Virus record (IMG/VR): IMGVR_UViG_3300005937_000009
Span: 8,190 to 72,189 of that record
Length of the DNA: 64,000 bases
From: a virus
Taxonomy: Duplodnaviria > Caudoviricetes
Reading direction: 5' to 3' (one strand)
In this document: positions 27,991-37,868 of the stretch, piece by piece
Position numbering within the stretch: the stretch's first letter is position 1
How the letters are laid out: each line of letters opens with the position of its first letter
Notes under the pieces: model-generated
Told to the model about the DNA's origin: nothing
Seen by the model: only the letters and a program-made list of their open reading frames with translations
The model's database searches: none
Translations under genes and position numbers: made by a program

Positions 27991-29982
27991 TCAACTTGAA
28001 ATCAATTGAATCTCTGCGGGCTGCTCCGACCAGTGCGGAATCTTGCGTTTCTCCAGCCATTCGAAGATTGACATGCAGCGCTTTGTGACCTTGCCATTCT
28101 CGATATGCGGGTAGAGGACGTGGGAATCTTCATGGCCGATGCAGACGTTGACCGCGAGCGCGGCTTTGAATCCCTGATCACAGAAGTTGCGCCAGAAGTA
28201 GATATCAGCGTCGGTGTGCTCTACCCAATCCCCATCTTTATCCGGGACATTGAGAAACCATGGCTTGCGCAGCTTCTCAAAAACCCGTCTGCGAAAGACG
28301 GTCAATCCGAAATGCCCGGTAGTGATCGGGACTAACCCCTGTGTGAGATCCACCGGCCCAGCAGTGCCGCATAGAACCTCTTCGAATGTCCCGCGCCGAG
28401 CCTGGACCGGTACAATGCAGTCATACTGCGGATTCTGGTACAACAGCTTGATCATCTCGTAGACATCATCAGCGGTGCCTATCGTGTCGTAATCGGCGGT
28501 GAGGATAACGTCTGTCTCGTCGCCCTTCTGGTCTTTATACTGAAGCGCACTCTTGATCGATCGCGTCAAACCCTGCTCCCACCACGCGCCGCCGCTGGTG
28601 AGCAATGGAGCCCGCAGCATGACGGCAATCGCGCCGAGCACATCATTGGCATACAGGGAACCGTACCGGGGGCGACTCATCACCATGGCTACAACAACTT
28701 TCTTTTGTTCGGCAATAAGTCCGTTGTCGTGCCATTGCCCCGAGATGAATTGCCGCCCCGGTTCCTTGTTCTCTCGAATCTCCTCACCTTTGACCGGCCA
28801 GTTTTCGAGCTTCTTGGCTTCGTCTTTCCGTACCGCGATCAGGTTGCAATAGGTGCGGCAGATTATCTCATATCCGCGAGCCTCAAGGACGAAGCGCAGC
28901 GCGAGCCGGCCCGCCTGTCCATCCCCGTTAGGCTCAGGGATGAACATCGGATCGGCGTCGGGTGCGTATTCCGCCACGATCACACGCGGCTTGTACTTCA
29001 CCATGGCGTTGAGTATGTGATACTCCTGCCCGTCAATATCCAATGAAAGGAGATCAATATCTATCGGTGCATCAACCAAGCTGAGCGCGGCGTCTACGCT
29101 GTAGTCACGGGTCAGGGCGTGATTGATCAGAATCACACCTGACCCCTGATCAGGGTAGCGCTGTTTGAGGCTGTGAAATAGCTTCTCGTCGGGCTCCATC
29201 AACAGGGCACCGCATCCGTTCTCTATCAATCGTCGCGTATTGGAGAAAAAGAGCCCGTCTGCCGCGCCCGCTTCGAAGCAAAACGCATTCTTGAACTTGA
29301 TGGCGTTGAAGATGGCCTCAATGATCCCATCCTCTCCGAACTGGCTATACTGATTAAGCGGTGCGATCGATTCAACAAACCCCTGATACTTGGGCTCCAG
29401 CGGCATATCGTCCGGAATATCGTAGCTGTAGGGCACGGTCTCGATCTCGATCGGCTTGGGAGCGGATTGCGGTTGTGGCTTCCTGGCCATCAGGTTGAGA
29501 CTGACCGGGAGAGAGGCACAATCGTTCTTTAGTTCGCTCTGCCATGGTTCGATCTCAATCAATCCGGCATCGCTCATCAGCAATCGCAAGTTGTATTCAT
29601 CAAAGATCGACTTATGATAGTCGCTCGCGTGCTGCTGGCCACCCATCAGGAAAGAAGCGATAGGCGCATTTGGCGGGCATTCCCGTTGCCCAAGATATGC
29701 CTCACAGATCCACCGGAAGTTGGGAACGGCCAGCTTGAGGATCCCCCCCGGCTTGAGGACGCGGACCCACTCTTTCAGGATCGCGGGAATCTCGGCAAGT
29801 GAAAAGTGCTCTAACGTGTGGCTGCACCTGATCACCTCGGCGCTGTTGTCGGCGTAGCGGGTCAGCGGATAGATCGAATCCCCGCGTTGCCCGTCGAGGT
29901 TATCGTAGCCGTCAAGCCAGGTGTCGGGATGGCCCGCGCCGAGGTTCAATTTCAAAGATGCTGTGATCGTGCCGTCTTTCAT
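27991..29982 (-). CDS. Three-domain protein: class I methyltransferase + FkbM-like methyltransferase + GT-A-fold glycosyltransferase-like domain
   Basis: LNLGAG..CSHTLEHF..RVLKPGG; YSQFGEDGII..FEAGAADG..SNT..LDIDGQEY; TADYD..GHFGLTVFRRRVF.KL.KPWF..DADIYF..IGH. Confidence 0.75.
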   Translation of the reverse strand: MKDGTITASLKLNLGAGHPDTWLDGYDNLDGQRGDSIYPLTRYADNSAEVIRCSHTLEHFSLAEIPAILKEWVRVLKPGGILKLAVPNFRWICEAYLGQRECPPNAPIASFLMGGQQHASDYHKSIFDEYNLRLLMSDAGLIEIEPWQSELKNDCASLPVSLNLMARKPQPQSAPKPIEIETVPYSYDIPDDMPLEPKYQGFVESIAPLNQYSQFGEDGIIEAIFNAIKFKNAFCFEAGAADGLFFSNTRRLIENGCGALLMEPDEKLFHSLKQRYPDQGSGVILINHALTRDYSVDAALSLVDAPIDIDLLSLDIDGQEYHILNAMVKYKPRVIVAEYAPDADPMFIPEPNGDGQAGRLALRFVLEARGYEIICRTYCNLIAVRKDEAKKLENWPVKGEEIRENKEPGRQFISGQWHDNGLIAEQKKVVVAMVMSRPRYGSLYANDVLGAIAVMLRAPLLTSGGAWWEQGLTRSIKSALQYKDQKGDETDVILTADYDTIGTADDVYEMIKLLYQNPQYDCIVPVQARRGTFEEVLCGTAGPVDLTQGLVPITTGHFGLTVFRRRVFEKLRKPWFLNVPDKDGDWVEHTDADIYFWRNFCDQGFKAALAVNVCIGHEDSHVLYPHIENGKVTKRCMSIFEWLEKRKIPHWSEQPAEIQLISS

Positions 29983-30218
29983 TTATCTATTTTCTTAAAC
30001 TCTACCTGCGCTACAATGCTGTCTAGTTCGCCATAAGCGCCGTTCTTTATGCGGATCTCAATCCATTCAAGTTTGCAATTATGCTCACGCTCAAACTTCT
30101 CTTTATTCCGGTGGTAGAGCATCAGAACGTGATCAAATACGGCCTCTTTGCTCCTGGCGTGTTCAATAAGGCGTTTACTGATCTCGAACGGCCATGTAAT
30201 GCGCTGCGGGTCGCTCAT
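29979..30218 (-). CDS. Hypothetical protein
   Basis: 79-aa ORF with ATGA overlaps on both sides. Confidence 0.55.
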   Translation of the reverse strand: MSDPQRITWPFEISKRLIEHARSKEAVFDHVLMLYHRNKEKFEREHNCKLEWIEIRIKNGAYGELDSIVAQVEFKKIDK

Positions 30219-33085
30219 CCCATCATCCCCGGTGCCGGCGGTTGTCCCATGGGCTTGGGTCGCGGCTGTGCGCTGCCTCCGGACCCTCCCGCCTGTTTGC
30301 CGTCGGGCGAACTATTCTTTTTATCCGTGGTCTTTGGCTTCTCTTTCCCGCCTTCCTGATCCGGTGGCGGTCCCTGCGGAGGCTGACCCATCATCCCGAG
30401 CATCCCGGTAAACTGCGCTTCGGCCATTAGCCCCTGGAGATGGAAATAGAGAAGAGCCTTGACCCCTTCCCGCTGCTCCTGCGGCGCCTTCTTGCCCTCG
30501 TCCGTGGTGAGCCATTCGCGCAGATATTGAATGCTGGACATATGGCCCAACTCCTCAATCATCGGCTGAGGCTGAAAGATCCCCATCAGGAATTGACCGG
30601 CCTCGGCCATCGGATCGACCGGCATGGGGACCATTTGACCGGTCATCGGGTCCGCTCCCATCTGTACCGCGGGCATATTCGCCTGGGCAACTTGCAGCAT
30701 CGGAAGGGCTTGCGCCATCTGGTCTATCCGCTCCCGGCACATCTCGGCCGCCGCCGTGTAGTCTTCCCCGGCCAGGTCCACATCGAAGATCTCGGCCAAC
30801 TGTTCAACCTGATCGGGAAACTGCTGCATGGCCTGCTGGAGACCGGGGAGGCCACCCACACGCTGTAGAAAGCCGTCCCAGCGCTCGCGCCGTTCAAGAT
30901 TGGTCTGCGGTAAATAGGAATCGCCTACGACCTCCGCGAAGAGATCGACATTGATATCCGCCGATTTCAACCATACGCCATCCTGTTCCCCCCGCTTCCC
31001 CGAAAGCGAGACGTAGACTTCATCAATGCAATGAGTCTTAAACAGCTTAAGGATGATCTCGGCGGATACTCGATCGACCTCAGCTTTTAGGGCAAGCTGC
31101 GGGCCGAACAGCGATTGAGCGTTGGCGCTTGTGATCTGCGCACCGGTCGCCGTGCTGTTGTTGACTCCGGGCAATCCGCCGCTGAAGTCAGTAACCCGGC
31201 TGGCCTTCTGCATGTAAAAGTCTAGTTGCTGGGCGTATCCAAAATGCTGCTGCGTCGGCGGCTGCGGCTGCAACTGGTAGACCGCATCTGACAGCCTTAA
31301 CCGGTCGTCAAGGTTCGCCAACTCAACGGGGATATTCGAGAGCGACCCGAGATACGCACTGACGCCGTTGGGCAATAGCCGCGCATCGTAGAGCGTGGCC
31401 GGCATGGCTGCCGTGCGAAGCTGTGTGTAGATGATCGACATGATGAGGTTATATTGCCGGTTGCCCTCAATCATATCTTCGATCCCGCACCCGAGCGATG
31501 AGATTGCGCGAGGCCGCAGAACGGAACCTACCCAATAGTCTTTGTGGTGCTCGTCCCTGAGTTCGATTACCGCATCGATCCCCTCGACAAAGCACATATA
31601 GAGCCCGGTAGGGAAGAGATCAATAAGCTTTGTGCCCGCTGAGATCGTATCGCCTGATAGCGTGGTCAGGTTCTCATTCAGGATATTCCGCGAATAGAGG
31701 CAGGGATCTAGCCAGATCTGCACGAAGTCCGTTGACTGCTCATCGTTGTTATCCTTAAGCCAGGTTCCCGAGCTGCCCGCCGTGAAGGTCGCTTTCTTCA
31801 GCGAGTCTTCCATGCGCATCGCCCACGAGTCGCCCTTTGCGGTCTTGATGTCCAGAAACGGAAAGGTGCTCTGTAGGATCGCAGTCCTGACACGGCGCCT
31901 ACGGATCAGATAGGGGGATTCGTGCGGGTCTTTCTGCAAGTCGTGCTTGAGTTCGAACGCGGGTACAGTCTCGCAGACCATATCCCCGGTGTCTATCTCG
32001 TCGTATCCGGTGACTGCTTCGACGGGGAAGGATTCAGCGGGTTGGATCTCGAGGTTTGGGCTTCCGCATTCTGGACATGTGGCGTGTCCCTCCATGGAGG
32101 GAGCGGCCCCCAATAGATCGGATGGGGCGGTCCCCATACTTGAGCCTTCCATGCCTCCACTTCCCGTAGAAAGCGCCCCCGGTTGAACCATCGTTGCTGT
32201 TTGCCCATGCTCGATCGCCTCGCCCTGTTGATACGCTTCTGGATTCTGTCTCTGAATGACCTGTTCCGCATCCTCTTCGCTCGGCATCTCCTGCCCGGTG
32301 AAGGGCTGCGCTAATTGAGCGCCCGCCGCTGGTCCTGCATCCGGCGGATAAGCGGACCCATTGCCCGCGCCTTGAACGTCTCCCGGTACACTATCAGGCT
32401 GAAGTTGCGCCGCTGCTCCGCTGGCCATAGCTCCGGCCATATCCCCGCTACCAGATGCCAATGGCCCGGACCATCCACAGTCAGCACAGAATCCGGTGGT
32501 TTCGCCCATCTGCATCTGCTGCTGTTCGATTCGTGGCCGTCTGGCCTTTCCTTTGACTTCATCGCTGTACCGGATATACCGGGCGTATTTCCCGCCCAGC
32601 GCAAGCATGGCCTCAAGCTGTTTGAATTGGTTGGTGTAAAGTTTGCGCTTGTAGTGGTCGTGGGCCTTTTGCGCGGCCTTTGCTGAGCCCTGCGCCTGGT
32701 CCGCATCGCTTGACGGTCGCCATGCGATGTCGGTATTTGATCCTGACCACTTCGCCCGCGAGTTCTCCGCATAGAACCCCACGAGGTTATAGCCATATAC
32801 CGGCGTGTCGGTGCGCTCCGGGAGGGGTGCCGGTCGCCATCCTCCCCCGTATTTCGCTCTCCGTAGAAGGTGCCGACCTTCGATGAAAGAAAAACTCATG
32901 GCCCAGATCAGGGATTGATTATCCCAGACCATGATGTCTTCGCCCTCGAGCCGCCGCTTCTCGCTCAAGAACCAATCGGCGCGGATCTGGATTGAGCGAT
33001 CGGCCTGCGCGCCCTGCATCGCTCCCATGAGCGGACCTTGCGGCGCGAGATTCGGAGTTGTAGCCGTGGCGAGGGAAAGAGACAT
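30215..33085 (-). CDS. Portal protein
   Basis: 956 aa between terminase and scaffold; GLPGVNNSTATGAQI..NAQ motif, Pro/Gln/Gly-rich tail, internal CxxC...CxxC insert. Confidence 0.8.
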   Translation of the reverse strand: MSLSLATATTPNLAPQGPLMGAMQGAQADRSIQIRADWFLSEKRRLEGEDIMVWDNQSLIWAMSFSFIEGRHLLRRAKYGGGWRPAPLPERTDTPVYGYNLVGFYAENSRAKWSGSNTDIAWRPSSDADQAQGSAKAAQKAHDHYKRKLYTNQFKQLEAMLALGGKYARYIRYSDEVKGKARRPRIEQQQMQMGETTGFCADCGWSGPLASGSGDMAGAMASGAAAQLQPDSVPGDVQGAGNGSAYPPDAGPAAGAQLAQPFTGQEMPSEEDAEQVIQRQNPEAYQQGEAIEHGQTATMVQPGALSTGSGGMEGSSMGTAPSDLLGAAPSMEGHATCPECGSPNLEIQPAESFPVEAVTGYDEIDTGDMVCETVPAFELKHDLQKDPHESPYLIRRRRVRTAILQSTFPFLDIKTAKGDSWAMRMEDSLKKATFTAGSSGTWLKDNNDEQSTDFVQIWLDPCLYSRNILNENLTTLSGDTISAGTKLIDLFPTGLYMCFVEGIDAVIELRDEHHKDYWVGSVLRPRAISSLGCGIEDMIEGNRQYNLIMSIIYTQLRTAAMPATLYDARLLPNGVSAYLGSLSNIPVELANLDDRLRLSDAVYQLQPQPPTQQHFGYAQQLDFYMQKASRVTDFSGGLPGVNNSTATGAQITSANAQSLFGPQLALKAEVDRVSAEIILKLFKTHCIDEVYVSLSGKRGEQDGVWLKSADINVDLFAEVVGDSYLPQTNLERRERWDGFLQRVGGLPGLQQAMQQFPDQVEQLAEIFDVDLAGEDYTAAAEMCRERIDQMAQALPMLQVAQANMPAVQMGADPMTGQMVPMPVDPMAEAGQFLMGIFQPQPMIEELGHMSSIQYLREWLTTDEGKKAPQEQREGVKALLYFHLQGLMAEAQFTGMLGMMGQPPQGPPPDQEGGKEKPKTTDKKNSSPDGKQAGGSGGSAQPRPKPMGQPPAPGMMG

Positions 33086-33492
33086 CAGGCTTTGAGCGGG
33101 ATTCTATCGGCCATAAACTTCCGTTCGTAGTCCTTCCATTCGTTCGCGTATCTCACCTTTGCCTCTGCCGCGCTCATCCGGCAGGCTTCAGGAAAGATTT
33201 GCTCTATCTCTTCCTTAATCGCATCCTCCATAAATACCTGCTCCTGCCAGGTCAGCGGCGGCAGCGTGTCGGGATCTGGAATCTTTACAACTCGCTCGCT
33301 CTCGACCTGCACCAACGGCTTGACGTGAGCCTGCTTCAACAGCGCATCGGTCAGCTTCCATTCCCGCTCACGCCACTGGCTCTCTATCCGCTCGACCTTG
33401 CGTTGATGCCAGATAAAAAAGCCGACTAACGCCCCGATGAGCAGAGCGTTAGTCAGCAGAAGTAATGACACCAGTAATGAACCCGTGTTCAT
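33085..33492 (-). CDS. Membrane-anchored hypothetical protein
   Basis: Probable start MNTGSLL; one N-terminal TM helix then coiled coil. Confidence 0.55.
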   Translation of the reverse strand: MNTGSLLVSLLLLTNALLIGALVGFFIWHQRKVERIESQWREREWKLTDALLKQAHVKPLVQVESERVVKIPDPDTLPPLTWQEQVFMEDAIKEEIEQIFPEACRMSAAEAKVRYANEWKDYERKFMADRIPLKA

Positions 33493-33544
33493 TAAGAGAA
33501 GGAAGTTAGACTGAAATGATTTACAGGAGGATAACCGACAAGGA

Positions 33545-33877
33545 CTACTGAGACAAATAACCGTCGAACGTCGAAGGGATATCAATACCGGTCAGATTGC
33601 CCTGAATGATCGCGGCAAGCCCAGCTCTTGTGGTCGCGGTGTGGGTCGAAGCGACCGCCCCGGCATTGAGTGCCCATTGGAGCCCAAGCGAAATCTGGCG
33701 CAAGGCATCGGGAGCGGCCCCCGCCGTCGGCGCGAGCGCTTCGATTGCAGCGCGTAATAGCGCGATCGTAGCATTACCGGAAACAGTTGAATCCGTGCCG
33801 CCCGCTGCCCCGATTAGGTTCGCGGACGCGAGCCCCATCATTGCGCCCTGTTGAAAGTCATAAGGTACGGTAGCCAT
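33545..33877 (-). CDS. Hypothetical protein
   Basis: 110 aa with SD GAGGTG. Confidence 0.6.
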   Translation of the reverse strand: MATVPYDFQQGAMMGLASANLIGAAGGTDSTVSGNATIALLRAAIEALAPTAGAAPDALRQISLGLQWALNAGAVASTHTATTRAGLAAIIQGNLTGIDIPSTFDGYLSQ

Positions 33878-33972
33878 ATGATCACCTCACTTTGGAAACG
33901 GTGTTAATTGAAGTAGCCACCACCGGGTTAGCTAGCATGTGTTTTACCCTTCAAGGAACCGGATAGGCCATA

Positions 33973-34046
<74 letters not shown>

Positions 34047-34051
34047 ACAAG

Positions 34052-34324
34052 TTATTTCTTGGGTTTGCCTTTCGGCGCTAGTTCTTCGTCGGCCTGCGCT
34101 CGCTGAACGGTCGATGCTGCGGCCTGCTGCGCCTGCAATGCGTGCCAATTCGCTATAGCCTGCCCACACGCTATCTCCATGGCGGTCTGCCCGGTGTTCG
34201 GTCTCGCATCGCGCACGGCGTCAATCCAGCGCTGGCGGGTGAAAAAGTCGATCCCATCCCAGTCCTGGCCATAGATGGCGGCGGCTGCGGGTGCGATCTC
34301 TGCGGCAAAATCTCTATGATCCAT
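34052..34324 (-). CDS. Hypothetical protein between the two tRNAs
   Basis: 90 aa with SD GAGGA. Confidence 0.55.
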   Translation of the reverse strand: MDHRDFAAEIAPAAAAIYGQDWDGIDFFTRQRWIDAVRDARPNTGQTAMEIACGQAIANWHALQAQQAAASTVQRAQADEELAPKGKPKK

Positions 34325-34340
34325 TATTGATCCTCTTGAG

Positions 34341-34413
34341 TGGCACGGGCAGGAATCGAACCTGCGTCAAACACTTTATGAGAGTGTTGAGATAACCACT
34401 TCTCTACCGTGCC
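34341..34413 (-). tRNA. tRNA with CAU anticodon (elongator Met or Ile2)
   Basis: GGCACGG-TA-GAGA..TCTC-A-ACACT CTCATAA AGTGT-TTGAC-GCAGG TTCGATT CCTGC-CCGTGCC-A. Confidence 0.88.
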
Positions 34414-34421
34414 GAGACTGG

Positions 34422-36164
34422 TTATCTATCCCAACTATCCCATGGCGATTGCTCGGCCACGTTTTCGAGCGGTGACGCGGGATTCCACGTATCATCCAGA
34501 TCCTTCCCGCGCTTCTGCTCAATCGTTTTCTTGACCTCTGTAACCTTGATGGCGCGGGCCAGTTCCCAGCCCTCACGCTTCCAATCGGTGTTGATCTCTG
34601 GCGCGTTCTCCACCCGGAGAGACTTGGGCAATGCGGCCTCAACCTGTTCGAACTCGGTGAGCCCTGCGGCGGTCGTGAACCACTTGGCAGCCATCCCGCG
34701 TAGCGCATCCATGTAGTGGTTGAAGAAATCGTAAGGAATGATTCGATTTGAGCCAGTGCGATCGGTAACAACCTGGCTTACCCATTTGTACTGCCGGAAC
34801 TCCGCCCGGAGGAGGGCTAAGCCTTCATCACCTTTCGGGTTCTCGATCTGATCATCAGGGACAATGACATACAGGCCGGGTCGCCCCATGACATTCGGCT
34901 TAAATGGGTGCGGTCGCTCCGCGTGTCTGATCTTGAGGACGTGTTGAACCTGCGCAATGCCCCCTATCACGTCGGGTTGCCATTTGAGGAAGTGAAGACC
35001 GGCCTTGCGCCGATAGGTCGCTTGCTCTGAACTGGCTTCGTGCGACATCACCCGGTATTGAATGCGCGATGCCCATTTGTGATCAGCCTCAATCATCCGG
35101 ATCTTATCGGCAATCTCATCCGGTATCTCGCCGCGACAGGTCAGAATCGCGGGGATGAAGATGGACCCGGCCAGCGGCAGGCCATGGATGCGGGGCGAGT
35201 TCTCCCCGGCGACGAACGCCCAGACAGTTGCGCACGGGTCCGGGTCGAAGCCCCAATCCTGCGCGCACGCTCCTAGCCAGTGATCAGGTATGGCCTTATC
35301 TCCGAAGACTGCGGCGAATTGCGACCAAGTAATGACGTGATGCCCATTTGCACCATCGGACCACGCCTTATAGATATTCCCCTTCGGCCTGATCCTCCAG
35401 TCGCCAAGGCGCAATTGAGCCCGCGTAACCGGGTCGAGGAGTTCTAGAGACTTTTCATATTCCGCTTGGTCAAGGTGCGGGTTATCGTCCATCCGGGCGG
35501 GCACGAATGCGGCGCCGTCCTTTTCGAAGCATTGGACCTCTGCGGCGTCGGTGGGCTCCCAATCATCTGGAATGAATCGCTGCTGTACCCACTCGGCACC
35601 GATGCCGCCGGGATTCGACGCGGCGCGCATCCGGAGGGGAACATTTGAGCCCTTCAGACGGCGCAAGCGAGAGAAGAGGTATTTATATTGGGTCTCGGTG
35701 AACTGCGTTAATTCATCGAAGGCGATGAACTGGTATTCTGCGGATTGGTACTGGTAGACGTCGGCTTCGTTCTGGAGATAGCCGAATGCGACAATGCCGC
35801 CTTTAGGGAACTTCCATTGCTTCTTCTGCTCATTCCAGCGGGCGGAGGTCTGAGACAACCACTGGTGGGCACGATCAAGAAGAGCGCCAGGCTTTGCCAA
35901 ATCCTGAAATGTCCGCCTGAGAAGCAGAGCGGCATACCCTGGTTCGTCTGCCCATTCGAGAGCGCCCATCAAGAGCGCTTGCGACTTACCACCACCGGCC
36001 GCGCCACCGTAGAATGCCTCCAGATGTGGTAGATTTAGGAATAGGCGCTGTCTTTCCGTCGGCTCGCAGGGGGAATACTGGCTAGTGCGTAGTTCGACGG
36101 AGAGCAGCCATTCAAGCTCGCGCTGTTCGGCTGGTGTCAGTCTATCAAAATCGTAAGTAGGCAA
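34422..36164 (-). CDS. terL: Terminase large subunit
   Basis: Walker A YGGAAGGGKS, Walker B FIAFDELTQF, ASNPGG motif III, nuclease QDWGFD and ..NHYMDALR. Confidence 0.95.
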   Translation of the reverse strand: MPTYDFDRLTPAEQRELEWLLSVELRTSQYSPCEPTERQRLFLNLPHLEAFYGGAAGGGKSQALLMGALEWADEPGYAALLLRRTFQDLAKPGALLDRAHQWLSQTSARWNEQKKQWKFPKGGIVAFGYLQNEADVYQYQSAEYQFIAFDELTQFTETQYKYLFSRLRRLKGSNVPLRMRAASNPGGIGAEWVQQRFIPDDWEPTDAAEVQCFEKDGAAFVPARMDDNPHLDQAEYEKSLELLDPVTRAQLRLGDWRIRPKGNIYKAWSDGANGHHVITWSQFAAVFGDKAIPDHWLGACAQDWGFDPDPCATVWAFVAGENSPRIHGLPLAGSIFIPAILTCRGEIPDEIADKIRMIEADHKWASRIQYRVMSHEASSEQATYRRKAGLHFLKWQPDVIGGIAQVQHVLKIRHAERPHPFKPNVMGRPGLYVIVPDDQIENPKGDEGLALLRAEFRQYKWVSQVVTDRTGSNRIIPYDFFNHYMDALRGMAAKWFTTAAGLTEFEQVEAALPKSLRVENAPEINTDWKREGWELARAIKVTEVKKTIEQKRGKDLDDTWNPASPLENVAEQSPWDSWDR

Positions 36165-36617
36165 TTACGCGACTTTGGCTTTGTCGGTGAGTTGAAGTAA
36201 TCGGGCTTTGCGCTCGTCGGGTGTGCCGTTGCGGTGCTCGTTGATTACGGTAGCGTGGCCGCGCAGAAGCAGCAGCTTGTCAATGTAGATTCCGGTCTCG
36301 ATCCCGGTGATAGATCCGCCTCGATCCTGTTTGGCCTGAAGAGACGCAACTACAACCTTTTCAAGCAATTCGGCTATATCTGCTTTCTTTTCCTCGTGCA
36401 ATTCCGCGACGGCTGGAACGATGCCGCGCTCATCTCGCCAGCAAGAGAGAGTCTTATAGGGGATCCCAAGCTTTGCGCAAGCCTCCGTGAGATTGCCCTT
36501 GCAGAAATCGAGATAGGCCAGGGCTGCCGCTTTCTCCTGATCTGAGTACTTGCGCTTAGACCAGTTCTGGCGCTTCTTGTGACCATTGCCGTTGGTGTGG
36601 CCATTGGTGGCAGACAT
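36165..36617 (-). CDS. Probable terminase small subunit
   Basis: HTH (KGNLTEACAKLGIPYKTLSCWR) directly upstream of terL. Confidence 0.7.
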   Translation of the reverse strand: MSATNGHTNGNGHKKRQNWSKRKYSDQEKAAALAYLDFCKGNLTEACAKLGIPYKTLSCWRDERGIVPAVAELHEEKKADIAELLEKVVVASLQAKQDRGGSITGIETGIYIDKLLLLRGHATVINEHRNGTPDERKARLLQLTDKAKVA

Positions 36618-36619
36618 GA

Positions 36620-36832
36620 CTATTTGCGGATCAGGCCGGTGATCTGTTGAGAAGCAGTGAGCCTGCCGACGAGAGTAAGGACCATGCCGGCCAGGTCCGC
36701 AATCATTTCGGGTGTGCCCTGTAGTCTAGGCTGTAGTTTGGGAGCGAAAACCCCGATTGCCATAATGATTACGCCCCAAAAGACTTTGGAAGTGATAAGG
36801 GCTTTGCCTTGTTCGGTGTCGAAAGAGGACAT
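36620..36832 (-). CDS. Holin-like two-TM protein
   Basis: Strong SD AAAGGAG before MSSFDTEQGKALITSKVFWG; two hydrophobic helices; the frame is also open upstream to 37066. Confidence 0.55.
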   Translation of the reverse strand: MSSFDTEQGKALITSKVFWGVIIMAIGVFAPKLQPRLQGTPEMIADLAGMVLTLVGRLTASQQITGLIRK

Positions 36833-37062
36833 GTGATCTCCTTTCAGATCGACAACGCCAGCATTCGCGGCGTGCCATTTGTGAGCGGGGATCAGGGGAA
36901 TTATTTGGGTGTTGGTAGTAGGGAAACAGGCGCAGGGATACCCGTAAAAGATCGGGCAGTTTGCCTGGTGCTCAACTCGAGTCCGGGAGTTATAAGCGAC
37001 CCTGGAGCGGCGGAGAAGGCCAGCCGCTTCCAGAGTGGTTAGTTGTTGCTCGCTATCTGGCC

Positions 37063-37560
37063 TCATGATTCTCGTGGGCGGATCTCGATCCTGACCTGAT
37101 ATTGCCGTGGGCCGGATTCGAAAGGGGCTTGATGGTATTCGAAGTCGAGGAGAGGTGATCCATCATCCTCCCCGATAAGGCTGCATACTTCGTCTCTGAT
37201 ACCCTTGAATGCGCGTTGCAGGTTGTCAGAGTCGAGTTTATTCGGCCCGAGGCGTGTAAAGCGAATTGTGCAGGGAAGGGGAGGGCGCCAGCGTTTAACA
37301 AGGCGTTTCCATTCCCAGCGGACCTCAGATTGTTGTTGTTGCTTCCGGGCGTTCTGTGCGGTCCAGTGTTCGCGGTTATTGGCCTCACTGACGGTAACGA
37401 TCGGGAGCGAGAGAAATAGTGTAAAATCGGTGATATAACACTGAACAGGGAGCGCGGCGTCTGGTGTGACGGGTCCGCGCTTCCGTTTTTTCTCTTGTTG
37501 TTGCAGTGCGCGCAGTTCACTGATACTGATCCTGTCTGTCTCCATGGTTCGGGGTTCCAT
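37063..37560 (-). CDS. RusA-like Holliday junction resolvase
   Basis: VSEANN..W..., LDSDNL..AFKG.RD (D-x-DN-x-x-K-x-x-x-D type), IGEDDG, RIEI. Confidence 0.75.
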   Translation of the reverse strand: MEPRTMETDRISISELRALQQQEKKRKRGPVTPDAALPVQCYITDFTLFLSLPIVTVSEANNREHWTAQNARKQQQQSEVRWEWKRLVKRWRPPLPCTIRFTRLGPNKLDSDNLQRAFKGIRDEVCSLIGEDDGSPLLDFEYHQAPFESGPRQYQVRIEIRPRES

Positions 37561-37641
37561 GATGCCTTTGGGTTTGGCCTTTCGCGGCCTGCGCGGGGAG
37601 CGAATGGGGATACTCCGTATTGCATAATAGGGCAGGGAACG

Positions 37642-37863
37642 TTAGCCCCTACCCTTCTCCGCTTGTTCTCTTCTCCGTTGAGTTCGGTTTCGATGATAGA
37701 TGCGGCTGGCCTCATTCACCTTGTTGGCGCAGGGCCGACATCTGGTTGTGGTGCCGTTCAGGCCGCGCACTTCTCCGCAATCGATACAGCGTCCATCCTC
37801 GCGGTAGATCTGCTGTATTTCATAGCTGATTTGCTTGATGAAGCGGTAGACGTGCGGGCGCAT
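37642..37863 (-). CDS. Small zinc-ribbon protein
   Basis: CIDCG...CRPC. Confidence 0.5.
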   Translation of the reverse strand: MRPHVYRFIKQISYEIQQIYREDGRCIDCGEVRGLNGTTTRCRPCANKVNEASRIYHRNRTQRRREQAEKGRG

Positions 37864-37868
37864 ATTGA

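Noticed and set aside
37053-37715. 220-aa plus-strand ORF
   Set aside because: Antisense to the RusA-like gene and no recognisable motifs
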